Shown here: positions 17,297-26,278 of the stretch, in pieces | Numbering within the stretch: position 1 is the stretch's first letter | Layout: every line of letters starts with the position of its first letter | Source: Nonlabens ponticola | GTDB taxonomy: Bacteria > Bacteroidota > Bacteroidia > Flavobacteriales > Flavobacteriaceae | NCBI RefSeq assembly: GCF_003966335.1 | Contig: NZ_CP034549.1 | Span: forward strand, 2,700,001-2,732,000 | DNA length: 32,000 bases | Reading direction: 5' to 3' | Program-made: the position numbers and the translations under genes | Notes under the pieces: model-generated | The model's database searches: none | What the model was told of the DNA's origin: nothing | The model's input: only the letters and a program-made list of their open reading frames with translations

Positions 17297-18457
17297 ATGA
17301 AGAAGTATTTCTTTCTAATCCTTTTAGTTTTTGTCCTCTGTAGCCACGATATGTTTTTAAAACTGGATTCCTATTTCCTTGAAGCCGATAGTGATGCCGT
17401 AATCCAACTTTATAATGGGACTTTTGACGCTAGTGAGAACGTCATCGATCGCGATCGCATGATTGATGCGAGCATAGTAGCAAATGGTCAACGCACAGCC
17501 ATTCAAGAAAAACAGTGGACTGAAAAAGACAGCACCACCTTTTTAAATTTCAAGACTGGTGCCTCTGGAACTTATGTAGCTGGCGTTTCTACCAAAGCCA
17601 GAAATATAGAGATGCAACCCGAGGCTTTCAACAATTACCTAGAACATGATGGCGTCATAGACATGCTCGCATCTAGAAAAGAAAACGGCGAACTAGAATC
17701 TGATGCGATTGAGAAGTATTCTAAACACGTCAAAACCATATTTCAAGTAGGTGATCGTTTGACTGACGACTGGAATACCAACTTAGGTTATCCTATCGAG
17801 TTCATACCGCTATGCAATCCTTACAGTAAGCATACAGGCGATAGTCTGACATTTAAATTACTGAAAAATAATGAGCCGCTAGCTAACCAATTGGTCATCG
17901 TGGATTATAAAGCGGCACCTGGCGGACATACGCACAGTGAGAACAACAATCAGCACTCTCATGATAATGGTGAGACGCACTCGCATGATAATGAAACTAG
18001 TGAAGAGCACACTCATGATGATGGCACGACTCACTCACACGAAAATGAAAAGAGTGACAATCACTCGCACGATCAAGAAGCTGCAGAACACACACATGAA
18101 GACGGTACCAGGCATTCTCATGATGCAGAAAGCAAATCTGAGGCGACCGCTGACCACACGCACGATTCTGGAACTCAAATGCGTACTAATGACAATGGCG
18201 AACTCACCATTAAATTAGAAGAAGATGGTATCTGGTTCTTACGTACCATTCACATGGTAGAAAGTGAAGAAGATGGACTGACCCATGAATCTAATTGGGC
18301 TACTGTCACATTTGAGGTTACACACGATCATGCAGATGCGCACTCTCACGATGAAGATCATGATCATGATGAAGATGGTTTGCCTATTTGGATATTTATT
18401 GCAGGTAGCATTGTGTTGATAGGTGGTTTGTTCTTCTACTTCAGCCGTAAGAAGTAA
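17297..18457 (+). CDS. DUF4198 (NikM/CbiK-like periplasmic metal-binding) protein with a His-rich insert and a C-terminal TM anchor
   Basis: Signal peptide MKKYFFLILLVFVLCS; the track start at 17270 is a TTG. The fold-like context (..IEFIPLCNPY.., LTFKLL.., NDNGELTIKL.., GIWFLRTIH) fits DUF4198. There are nine H[ST]H motifs at 17927..18163, a second HDHADAHSHDEDHDHDED stretch at 18320..18373, and a terminal TM helix. Confidence 0.7.
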   Translation: MKKYFFLILLVFVLCSHDMFLKLDSYFLEADSDAVIQLYNGTFDASENVIDRDRMIDASIVANGQRTAIQEKQWTEKDSTTFLNFKTGASGTYVAGVSTKARNIEMQPEAFNNYLEHDGVIDMLASRKENGELESDAIEKYSKHVKTIFQVGDRLTDDWNTNLGYPIEFIPLCNPYSKHTGDSLTFKLLKNNEPLANQLVIVDYKAAPGGHTHSENNNQHSHDNGETHSHDNETSEEHTHDDGTTHSHENEKSDNHSHDQEAAEHTHEDGTRHSHDAESKSEATADHTHDSGTQMRTNDNGELTIKLEEDGIWFLRTIHMVESEEDGLTHESNWATVTFEVTHDHADAHSHDEDHDHDEDGLPIWIFIAGSIVLIGGLFFYFSRKK

Positions 18458-18458
18458 T

Positions 18459-19133
18459 ATGTTACGATCCTCAAAGAGAATCTTATTGTGCTTGATATTG
18501 CTGCTACCTGTTATGGCATTTGCGCATGGCGTGAGCAGTACAGATCAAGCAACACTCGATAGCGGTGGACTGTTATCCTATATCTATGTAGGTGCCAAGC
18601 ACATGCTTACTGGCTATGACCACTTGCTTTTCTTAGTAGGCGTTGTTTTTTACTTGAAGGGCTTTAAGGATATCCTGAAATTCATAACTGTATTTACCAT
18701 AGGTCATTGCATTACTCTTCTAGGCGCAACTTATTTAAGTTTCAAGGTTGATGAACATCTGATTGATGCTGTCATTGCCTTGAGCGTTTTATACAAGGGC
18801 TTTGAAAACCTTGGTGGATTCAAAAAATTGAACATCAATGCACCTAATTTGTTGGCTATGGTATTTGGCTTTGGACTTATTCACGGATTGGGTTTATCGG
18901 CCAGACTGCAGTCCTTTGATATAGGTACCGATCAATTTCTAGCTAAGATCCTGTGCTTTAATGTTGGTGTGGAAATCGGTCAAATCCTGGCGCTGATTCC
19001 TATTGTTTTTCTCATCTCCTTATGGAAAGGAAAGAAGAGCTATCTGCCATTTTATAAAGCTGCAAATGTTTATTTAGTGATCGCTGGAATTGGTTTGTTT
19101 ATTTATCAGTTAGTTGGGTATTTCAATTCTTGA
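18459..19133 (+). CDS. HupE/UreJ-family metal (Ni/Co-type) permease
   Basis: Signal peptide followed by ..AFAHG. The family signature GAKHMLTGYDHLLFLVGVV and about 6 TM helices are present. The ATG at 18459 lies 1 nt after the upstream stop; the track start at 18423 overlaps the previous gene and is rejected. Confidence 0.7.
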   Translation: MLRSSKRILLCLILLLPVMAFAHGVSSTDQATLDSGGLLSYIYVGAKHMLTGYDHLLFLVGVVFYLKGFKDILKFITVFTIGHCITLLGATYLSFKVDEHLIDAVIALSVLYKGFENLGGFKKLNINAPNLLAMVFGFGLIHGLGLSARLQSFDIGTDQFLAKILCFNVGVEIGQILALIPIVFLISLWKGKKSYLPFYKAANVYLVIAGIGLFIYQLVGYFNS

Positions 19134-19197
19134 AAAAATCGGAGCGATTTTATATAGGACGAAAAATCGAGAATCTTATTGCAGTAAGACTTTCATG

Positions 19198-19242
19198 ATT
19201 CCGCTTTCCTGCCTTGCTGGCAGGCAGGCGCTTAAGCGGAAT
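19198..19242. repeat. REP-like nested hairpin element
   Basis: Outer 9-bp stem attccgctt / aagcggaat encloses an inner cctgcc..ggcagg stem. The 5' arm CCGCTTTC matches the arm of the 14-nt palindrome family. Confidence 0.6.
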
Positions 19243-19278
19243 ACCATAAAGTCAAACTCACGTCCTAAATTATTTCAA

Positions 19279-19310
19279 CAAAAAATCCCATAAGCAACAG
19301 CTTATGGGAT
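19279..19310 (-). terminator. Rho-independent terminator downstream of gltA (also usable by the plus-strand HupE operon)
   Basis: 11-bp stem atcccataagc / gcttatgggat with a 4-nt loop. On the minus strand it is followed by a T-run. Confidence 0.75.
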
Positions 19311-19333
19311 TTCAATTTTATAGGAATTGAGGA

Positions 19334-20620
19334 TTATCTCTTTGAAACTTCCTTGAATTCTCTGTGCGTCTCACCTACATAAACTTGACGTGGACGTCCT
19401 ATAGGTTCTTTGTTTTCTCTCATTTCTTTCCACTGTGCGATCCATCCTGGTAATCTACCTAGTGCAAACATTACCGTGAACATCTCTACTGGAATTCCCA
19501 TGGCTCGGTAAATGATACCTGAATAGAAATCTACATTAGGGTATAACTTGCGGTCAACGAAATATGGATCGTTCAAGGCTTCTTTCTCAAGACCTTTGGC
19601 GATCTCCAGGATAGGATCCTCTACTCCTAGGTCAGAAAGAACCTCATCTGCCGCTTTCTTGATGATGCGTGCGCGTGGATCAAAGTTTTTATAAACTCTG
19701 TGACCAAAGCCCATCAAACGGAAAGGATCTTCCTTATCCTTGGCTTTTGCCATGTATTTTTTGGTATCACCACCATCTTCTTTGATAGCTTCTAGCATTT
19801 CAAGAACTGCCTGGTTGGCACCACCATGCAATGGACCCCAAAGGGCGTTGATTCCAGCACTTAAACTAGCAAAGAGACCTGCGTGAGAAGAACCAACGAT
19901 GCGTACCGTACTTGTGGAACAGTTTTGCTCGTGGTCTGCGTGCAGAATTAAGAGTTTATCAAGTGCATCAACCACTACCTGATTGTGCTTGTATTCAGAA
20001 TTAGGCTTCTTGAACATCATCTTTAAGATGTTCTCTACATATCCTAGATTGTCATCACCATAGTCTAATGGCTGTCCAGTGCGCTTGCGCAAGGCCCATG
20101 CTACCAACACTGGGAATTTACCCATGATGTTGACAATGGCCTTATACATGTCTTCCTCGCTATCTACATTGACTGAAGATGGGTTGAAAGCAATAAGTGC
20201 GCTAGTCAAAGAAGACAGCACGCCCATAGGGTGTGCAGACTTAGGGAAACCGTCCAATATTTTCTTCACATCCTCATCTACATGAGATTGTGCCTTGATA
20301 TCGTTGTGAAATTTATCTAGCTGGTCGCTGGTAGGCAGCTCGCCAAAAATGAGCAAATACGCCACCTCTAGAAAACTAGCTTTTTCTGCTAAATCCTCGA
20401 TCGCATATCCTCGATACCTCAGGATTCCTTCTTCTCCATTCAAGAACGTGATCGCACTTGTACAGCTACCCGTGTTTTTAAAACCTGGATCGATGGTAGT
20501 AACACCATCTGTCGCACCGCGCAACGCCTTGATATCTATCGCTCTTTCATTCTCAGTTCCTGTGATGATGGGAAATTCATATTTTGACCCATCAATGTCT
20601 AGTATCGCTTTATCTGCCAT
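19334..20620 (-). CDS. gltA: Citrate synthase
   Basis: 428 aa with the signature MGFGHRVYKNFDPRA, the HGGAN motif and HADHEQN. Confidence 0.95.
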   Translation of the reverse strand: MADKAILDIDGSKYEFPIITGTENERAIDIKALRGATDGVTTIDPGFKNTGSCTSAITFLNGEEGILRYRGYAIEDLAEKASFLEVAYLLIFGELPTSDQLDKFHNDIKAQSHVDEDVKKILDGFPKSAHPMGVLSSLTSALIAFNPSSVNVDSEEDMYKAIVNIMGKFPVLVAWALRKRTGQPLDYGDDNLGYVENILKMMFKKPNSEYKHNQVVVDALDKLLILHADHEQNCSTSTVRIVGSSHAGLFASLSAGINALWGPLHGGANQAVLEMLEAIKEDGGDTKKYMAKAKDKEDPFRLMGFGHRVYKNFDPRARIIKKAADEVLSDLGVEDPILEIAKGLEKEALNDPYFVDRKLYPNVDFYSGIIYRAMGIPVEMFTVMFALGRLPGWIAQWKEMRENKEPIGRPRQVYVGETHREFKEVSKR

Positions 20621-20643
20621 TAGTCTTTAAAATTTTGTAATCT

Positions 20644-20651
20644 CAAAAATA
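20644..20651 (-). promoter_or_regulatory. Bacteroidetes -7 promoter element (TATTTTTG on the minus strand) for gltA
   Basis: Exact TAnnTTTG match, 23 nt upstream of the ATG at 20620. Confidence 0.5.
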
Positions 20652-20785
20652 CGACCTGGCTTTATCAATTTGAAGTTTTGGCAGCTTGATCTCCATCATT
20701 TTAATAAAAGATTGAGAATAAATTGCAGGAAACTCATTGAGTTAGAGAATATTCATTTGATTGTTATGATAAATGATGTGTGTTA

Positions 20786-20799
20786 GCTTTCGCGAAAGC
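20786..20799. repeat. GCTTTCGCGAAAGC palindrome, copy 6 (intergenic)
   Basis: Read directly. Confidence 0.95.
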
Positions 20800-20822
20800 A
20801 TAATCATAAAAACCTACTGCAT

Positions 20823-20850
20823 AAAAAACGGCGACCAGATGGCCGCCGTT
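20823..20850 (-). terminator. Rho-independent terminator after the metalloprotease gene
   Basis: GC-rich stem cggcgacc / ggccgccg with one mismatch and a 4-nt loop. A T-run follows on the minus strand. It lies about 30 nt past the stop codon. Confidence 0.7.
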
Positions 20851-20880
20851 ATCGTCTATTAGCTCCAAAACAAATAAACG

Positions 20881-23800
20881 TTATTCAATCACAAGCTGAC
20901 GTGTGATGCTGTGCTCGCCTGAGGTAACTTTTACCATGTACAATCCTGAACTCATGCGGGTTGTTGGCTCGATGATTAGCCTGCCGTCAAAGGAATCATT
21001 TTGAGAATAGATATTTTGACCCAGCGCATTAAAGATCTCAACCTTGACTGCAGATTGATTTGTGGCTAGATTCTCGATGGTGAATTTTCCCTGACTTGGA
21101 TTAGGGTACATCGTCCAACTATCAAGGTTTATATCATCACTACTTAATGTGCCAGATGTGCGCTTGATGTAAAATCTATCAGCAGCTTTGCTTTGTTCAT
21201 CATCACTAACGGTAAATGAGATTTGCTGATCATTTGCGATGACTGTTTCTGTCTCTAGGTAATTGTCGACTAGAACAAAGTCTGCATTTTCAACACCATT
21301 CAACTGTACGTTTATAGCGTAGCGAGTAGATCTCAAACGATCCATGTGCAACTTGATTTGTTCATTGAGTTCTAAGTCCTGACGTCGCTCAATACTTAAT
21401 AGTTTGTCATAAGAAGATATGGCAAATGTCTCGTCTTGATTATAGAATTTGGCGGCGTCATTGTCATCCACTTCATTGTTGTGACTTGCATCAAATCTCA
21501 ATTTGACCTGGTCTAGAATAGTGCCTTGGTCATTATTCAAGCTCACCACCATAGATTTAGATGGTTGCTGTATGTCAAATACATTAGCTATAGGTTGATC
21601 TAGGGCCTTCATGGACTGCGTGAACTCAAACTGACTAGCGCCAGTTGCTTTGACAAAAAATGATTGACCTGGCTGCAAAAATTTACTAGCTGAACTATTA
21701 GATGGTGTAGGCTCGCCATTTCCTTCATTGATTTCTACGGCAACATAGGCGCCGCGCTCATTTAATGTAGCGTCCCATACATAAACGAAGCCTGTTGCTA
21801 CACCGCTCGTTTGAGCATTGCCCATAAGAGCCGTCGCATCTACGGCTGCCTGATAAGGGTTAGCCACCAATACAAAGTCTTGATCGCTCGTTGCATAATT
21901 TGTATTAACCGCACCTGGATTTAACGTACCAATTGATCGCAAGATGGTATTAGTTGCGGTAGCCGTATTGCTTGACAAATCTACAGTCCGGTCACCGCGC
22001 ACCAACATTCTATATCCTGTACCAACGGTAGGCTTATTGACATCTGTATTAGAGATGGCTTGCCATCTTTGCGTATCATTATTAAAAGTAAATAGCGATG
22101 GATTACCACTAGCTGTTTGATCAAAGCCATTTGCTCCTGTGTTTGAGCCTGTGATGTGAGTGCCTAATCCTGCAATCGTGGTTCCATTTTCTTGCCAATT
22201 TTCATAAATCGTCTTGCTTGAATTAACGGTAGGTGCTATAAATCTGAAGGCTCTTCTTGCCGGAATATACTGCTCGACAATCACGTTACCTGTGATGGTA
22301 GCTTGATCCAGATTTGCCACCTGCGCCGTACCATTTTCACTACTGCCTAAGGTTAGTAAATCATTGGTGTTGATTGTTGCATCGTTAGGCGTTAAAACAC
22401 CATTGATTCTCACAGGAACATTTATATCTACTAATGACGAAAAAGGAACTGTAAGCTTATGCACCTGAACATCACCTGTTCCCGTGATGGACACGTTAGG
22501 TGCATCGAGTACTAATTCTCCCAAATTGCTAGTACTTATCGTACCATCAACAAATAAGTCACCTGAGACATTTAAGGTTGAATTAAGAACAAGTGATTGT
22601 CCAGCATCCACGAATAATTCACCTATGAAGGCTTCACTATCAATCGTTGCCTCACCACTTATTACTGTTGCTGTAAGATCTTGAGTGTCAAATCTAGGTG
22701 CAAAAGGTTCCCAGAAATTATTGAACGTCAAGATAGGCTGCTCAATGTTGATCGCCATAGTTTTCTCGCCATCGATGGTGTTATTCTTGCCCAACAAAAC
22801 ATAATCAAATGCATCATTGTAAACCAGCTCATCAGAGGTATGAGAATAAGCTATGGAACCGTTGTCAATATCTGCCTGTGTAAATGTTGCACCTAATCCT
22901 AGAGTGATACCAGCACGAGTGATTTGTCCATAAACCGGAAGTTTTGATAGCACATAAACCATGTCTGTAGTGGTTGCGCCAGCTTGAGTGCTGCTTAATG
23001 TACTTGTCTGTATTTGAGAAATACCATTGAAAAATGCAGATAATTCTTGATTAGATGATGAAAAGTCATTTACATACTGTAATCTTCCTGTAATGGTTAC
23101 TGAAAAGTCGTTAAAAGTACCTCCATTACCGTTACGTGTGTCACGATCAGTAGCTAGCAGTTCCCATGTACCCTTAGAGCTTTCTCCATGGAATCTTTTG
23201 AAGCTTTGACCTGGGAAACGAGTACCACTCAAAGGATTGGGACGTGACCCACTTGTACAAGCGAAAGCTACAGATGAATTGTCAGTTACTGTCACATTGA
23301 AATTTCTACCTTCTGCACAATCGCGATTATACACTTCACTAAAAGTTCCCGATGGCCCTCTAAATTGCATTTTTATATCTCCTGTACGTCCATGCGTTGC
23401 GTTCATGTAAAAGCTAACATCAGTCATTTCAATGTCATCTGTTATGTTGACTTTTACACTTATCGCGTTATTAGTATTAGGGTTCCAGGTGTTATCAGGC
23501 GTACTACCTTCATTGAAGTAAGTCTCATCGTCATATGTTCTAGTAACTACTTGAGAAGTCTGAAACGCGTAAACCTTGGAATATTCTGAACTACCACAGT
23601 CATTTGATGCCTTAATACTCCAGTAATAAAGATTTCCAGGAACTAGGCTGGTTGTATTGTAACTAGTTACGTTACCTATGGTGGCTGTTTCTACGACTTG
23701 AGTAAGTGTGGGATCTGTAGCGATTACGATCTCATATCCATTTGCCGATGCTAGGTCCTGCCATTCAATAGTAGTATTCACATCTTGATTACCTGCTCCA

Positions 23801-26112
23801 TTAGCAGGAGACAAGACAATTACTTCATCAATATTATTGTTAAACACTTTGAGTATTAAGTCCTTTACCACCGTTAAACTAGCAGTAGTTGCTGTTAATT
23901 GGAAAGGATATGCACCGGCAAGAACATTTTGGGTTCCTGATATACTAATATTTAAAGAGGTATCTGCCGTTGCGGTTGTAGTAGAAAGTGTCGCGTTGAG
24001 TGCCGCCGGTAATCCCGTTAGTTGAAAGGTTGCCGGCTCTTCAAATCCGGGCGCAGCATCATAGGTCACATTCATAGAGGCATCTGCTGGTTTGCAAGAA
24101 CTAGCCAAGTCGTTTGCCGCTATAAGCTCGAAGGAACCGCTTTTAATCTCAAAATTAGTGCTGTTGATATTGAAGAAAACGTTTTGTGCAGCCTCTACCA
24201 TAATGCGTGCATTTGTTGTAGCAACTTCTGGAACGGTAACTTCATGTGATCCATTATTGGTTACAGAATTGGCCAATTCTATTGGATAAGTTAAACCACC
24301 ATCCAGCGATAATTTTATATTGACCGTAGGTGAATATGTGTTTGCATTTGTACCGTTAACATTCCACGTGATGGTCTGCTGTGAATTACCGTACCATATA
24401 CTGTTGGTAGGATTATTGACTGTCAAAGGGCCGCTGGACCCTACACTCAAAGTTACTTGTGTAAAGTTCGTTTGTCCACCAAATGGATTGTTGTCTCTGA
24501 CAGTGCAATAAAACGTCATATCTCTTTCTACAGATGGTAAGGTTTCCCATACTGGATCAATCCCTACAGATAAATCTTTGAGATTAGGGAAAAAGCGAGT
24601 TGGATTGATAGTCGCAAATTTGGACCTAAACATAGGGCCTTTGTCATTTGTAGATCGAGGTGGTTGAGGTGCACCTGTTTCTGCAGCTGCACCAAAATCA
24701 TATTGCTCCCAATTGTAGGTGAGAATTTCATTATCATCAGCACCGGTCGAGGCATTAGCTGTTAATTTAAAAGGCGTTGATTTAGGAATAGTTTTATTAG
24801 CCACATCATCAATGACCAATCCATTAGGGTTTAATATTCCTAAACTAGTCTGAGCATCACAAGTATCATCTTGTAACGCATTATGCATTTGAGCAATGCT
24901 TACATGATGAAAATATGCGTCTGAATTATCTTGAACATTAGGACCACAAATACCAGCGTAGCCCATGATTGTGGATGCGCTGCCAGATTCAAATGGAGCG
25001 CTAGAAGGGCTACCACCAAAACAACCATTGTAAAATGTATGACTAGCCCCAAACTGATGACCTATCTCATGAGAGACGTAATCAATGTCAAAAGCATCAA
25101 ATTCTGGTGTTACAATTCCGGTTACACCTTGTCCTTTGGAAGAATTTGTACACCTAACAGGCGATGCCACACCACCACCACCGGTAGAAAATATGTGTCC
25201 TATATCATATCGCTGTGATCCTATAATATTATTAATTACACCAGTATTGGCATAAAGCATTTGAGTCGCACTGTAGTTATCAAAAGTGTCCGTTCTACCT
25301 TGCCTATTGCGACCGTTATAGAAAATCAAATAATCGTTATAGTCATTGAGTTGAAAACGAATGGCCATATCACGCTCAAAAACTGAATTTACCCTGGTCA
25401 TCGTTATAACTATGGCTGCTAGAGCATCCTCCATGATATTACCATTAGTATCATCACCATCATCATGATAAGCAGAATACTCTGATGTGGTTGATACCGC
25501 AATGGTATAAGTCCTAAGCGCGCGATCGCTGAAAGCTTTACCAATTGAAGAGCTATTAACTTGTTCTAGAACTGAAATCTCACTATCATCAAATTCACAG
25601 GTGAAGTTGTCACTATCACTTCTAAGCATATCACTACGATCGTAAACTATCATCTTAGAAGCTATCCCTTTTTGAGCTGGGCTTAAGTATGATATGCGCT
25701 CACCGTCTATCGTGCCATAAAGGCCTTGAGGTGTAATACTAAAGAAGATCTTTTGAAGCGGATTATTAGGATTGAAACCGTAGTAAGATCTTATTTCAGG
25801 ATACCTTTCTTCTAGTAAAGGCGACATAGCACCAGATTTATAGACCGAGAATGTTACCATAGTACCATTACCCGTTGGGAACGGCATTTCAATGGCATCA
25901 TTTCCTGAAAATCGATCACTAGCATCTACAAGTAGCGCTGATATCGCATCGATATCAACTTGATACGTATCTGATTTGGCAATAAGTTCTTGTCGTTCTT
26001 TGCTTATCGACTTTGAAAAAGTAGATATAGGACTAGGAGTCCATATTTGAGCATTACTAGAAATGGTCATAGCCACAAAAGCAGCTATGCTTAGGAGTAG
26101 AGTATTTTTCAC
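20881..26112 (-). CDS. Secreted multidomain reprolysin-like (metzincin) zinc metalloprotease with a proprotein-convertase P-domain, Fn3-like modules and a T9SS C-terminal sorting domain
   Basis: GTG start followed by signal peptide MKNTLLLSIAAFVAMTISSNAQ. HEIGHQFGASH lies at 25039..25071. P-domain-like segment THGRTGDIKMQFRGPSGTFSEVY. The C-terminal ~80 aa (..WTMYPNPSQGKFTIE..GLYMVKV..) are typical of a T9SS type A CTD. Confidence 0.85.
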   Translation of the reverse strand: MKNTLLLSIAAFVAMTISSNAQIWTPSPISTFSKSISKERQELIAKSDTYQVDIDAISALLVDASDRFSGNDAIEMPFPTGNGTMVTFSVYKSGAMSPLLEERYPEIRSYYGFNPNNPLQKIFFSITPQGLYGTIDGERISYLSPAQKGIASKMIVYDRSDMLRSDSDNFTCEFDDSEISVLEQVNSSSIGKAFSDRALRTYTIAVSTTSEYSAYHDDGDDTNGNIMEDALAAIVITMTRVNSVFERDMAIRFQLNDYNDYLIFYNGRNRQGRTDTFDNYSATQMLYANTGVINNIIGSQRYDIGHIFSTGGGGVASPVRCTNSSKGQGVTGIVTPEFDAFDIDYVSHEIGHQFGASHTFYNGCFGGSPSSAPFESGSASTIMGYAGICGPNVQDNSDAYFHHVSIAQMHNALQDDTCDAQTSLGILNPNGLVIDDVANKTIPKSTPFKLTANASTGADDNEILTYNWEQYDFGAAAETGAPQPPRSTNDKGPMFRSKFATINPTRFFPNLKDLSVGIDPVWETLPSVERDMTFYCTVRDNNPFGGQTNFTQVTLSVGSSGPLTVNNPTNSIWYGNSQQTITWNVNGTNANTYSPTVNIKLSLDGGLTYPIELANSVTNNGSHEVTVPEVATTNARIMVEAAQNVFFNINSTNFEIKSGSFELIAANDLASSCKPADASMNVTYDAAPGFEEPATFQLTGLPAALNATLSTTTATADTSLNISISGTQNVLAGAYPFQLTATTASLTVVKDLILKVFNNNIDEVIVLSPANGAGNQDVNTTIEWQDLASANGYEIVIATDPTLTQVVETATIGNVTSYNTTSLVPGNLYYWSIKASNDCGSSEYSKVYAFQTSQVVTRTYDDETYFNEGSTPDNTWNPNTNNAISVKVNITDDIEMTDVSFYMNATHGRTGDIKMQFRGPSGTFSEVYNRDCAEGRNFNVTVTDNSSVAFACTSGSRPNPLSGTRFPGQSFKRFHGESSKGTWELLATDRDTRNGNGGTFNDFSVTITGRLQYVNDFSSSNQELSAFFNGISQIQTSTLSSTQAGATTTDMVYVLSKLPVYGQITRAGITLGLGATFTQADIDNGSIAYSHTSDELVYNDAFDYVLLGKNNTIDGEKTMAINIEQPILTFNNFWEPFAPRFDTQDLTATVISGEATIDSEAFIGELFVDAGQSLVLNSTLNVSGDLFVDGTISTSNLGELVLDAPNVSITGTGDVQVHKLTVPFSSLVDINVPVRINGVLTPNDATINTNDLLTLGSSENGTAQVANLDQATITGNVIVEQYIPARRAFRFIAPTVNSSKTIYENWQENGTTIAGLGTHITGSNTGANGFDQTASGNPSLFTFNNDTQRWQAISNTDVNKPTVGTGYRMLVRGDRTVDLSSNTATATNTILRSIGTLNPGAVNTNYATSDQDFVLVANPYQAAVDATALMGNAQTSGVATGFVYVWDATLNERGAYVAVEINEGNGEPTPSNSSASKFLQPGQSFFVKATGASQFEFTQSMKALDQPIANVFDIQQPSKSMVVSLNNDQGTILDQVKLRFDASHNNEVDDNDAAKFYNQDETFAISSYDKLLSIERRQDLELNEQIKLHMDRLRSTRYAINVQLNGVENADFVLVDNYLETETVIANDQQISFTVSDDEQSKAADRFYIKRTSGTLSSDDINLDSWTMYPNPSQGKFTIENLATNQSAVKVEIFNALGQNIYSQNDSFDGRLIIEPTTRMSSGLYMVKVTSGEHSITRQLVIE

Positions 26113-26255
26113 CGTTTATTTGTTTTGGAACGGCAAATAAATACGATTAAGTGCTATAATCCTAAATTTTACTTAATAAAAAATGTCTTTTATCTTAATG
26201 TACTGTATTTAAACGACGAAAGCCACCTGTTAAAGTGGCTGTTTATCGATATTAT

Positions 26256-26269
26256 GCTTTCGCGAAAGC
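26256..26269. repeat. GCTTTCGCGAAAGC palindrome, copy 7 (intergenic, about 10 nt downstream of the eno stop)
   Basis: Read directly. Confidence 0.95.
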
Positions 26270-26278
26270 GTAATGGTT

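Noticed and set aside
17446-17457. The 12-nt palindrome CGATCGCGATCG, which contains HIP1-like GCGATCGC.
   Set aside because: It is a single occurrence, fully explained by the codons for I-D-R-D-R. It shows no over-representation in the window.
17937-18218. A 93-aa alternate-frame ORF, plus a suspicion of a DNA tandem or CRISPR-like repeat in the His-rich region.
   Set aside because: The periodicity is at the codon and peptide level (CAC/CAT-x-CAC) with no constant repeat unit or spacers. The alternate frame is an artefact of that bias.
22484-25218. A series of 62-95 aa plus-strand ORFs inside the metalloprotease gene. Similar antisense or alternate-frame ORFs occur at 422-604, 2318-2576, 2971-3276, 5923-6651, 7317-7594, 8726-9147, 10383-12120, 13404-13616, 16268-16908, 20079-20630, 26352-27296, 28745-28939 and 30713-30895.
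   Set aside because: All are fully nested in longer ORFs that carry clear family motifs. They have no motifs or promoter elements of their own and are typical shadow ORFs.
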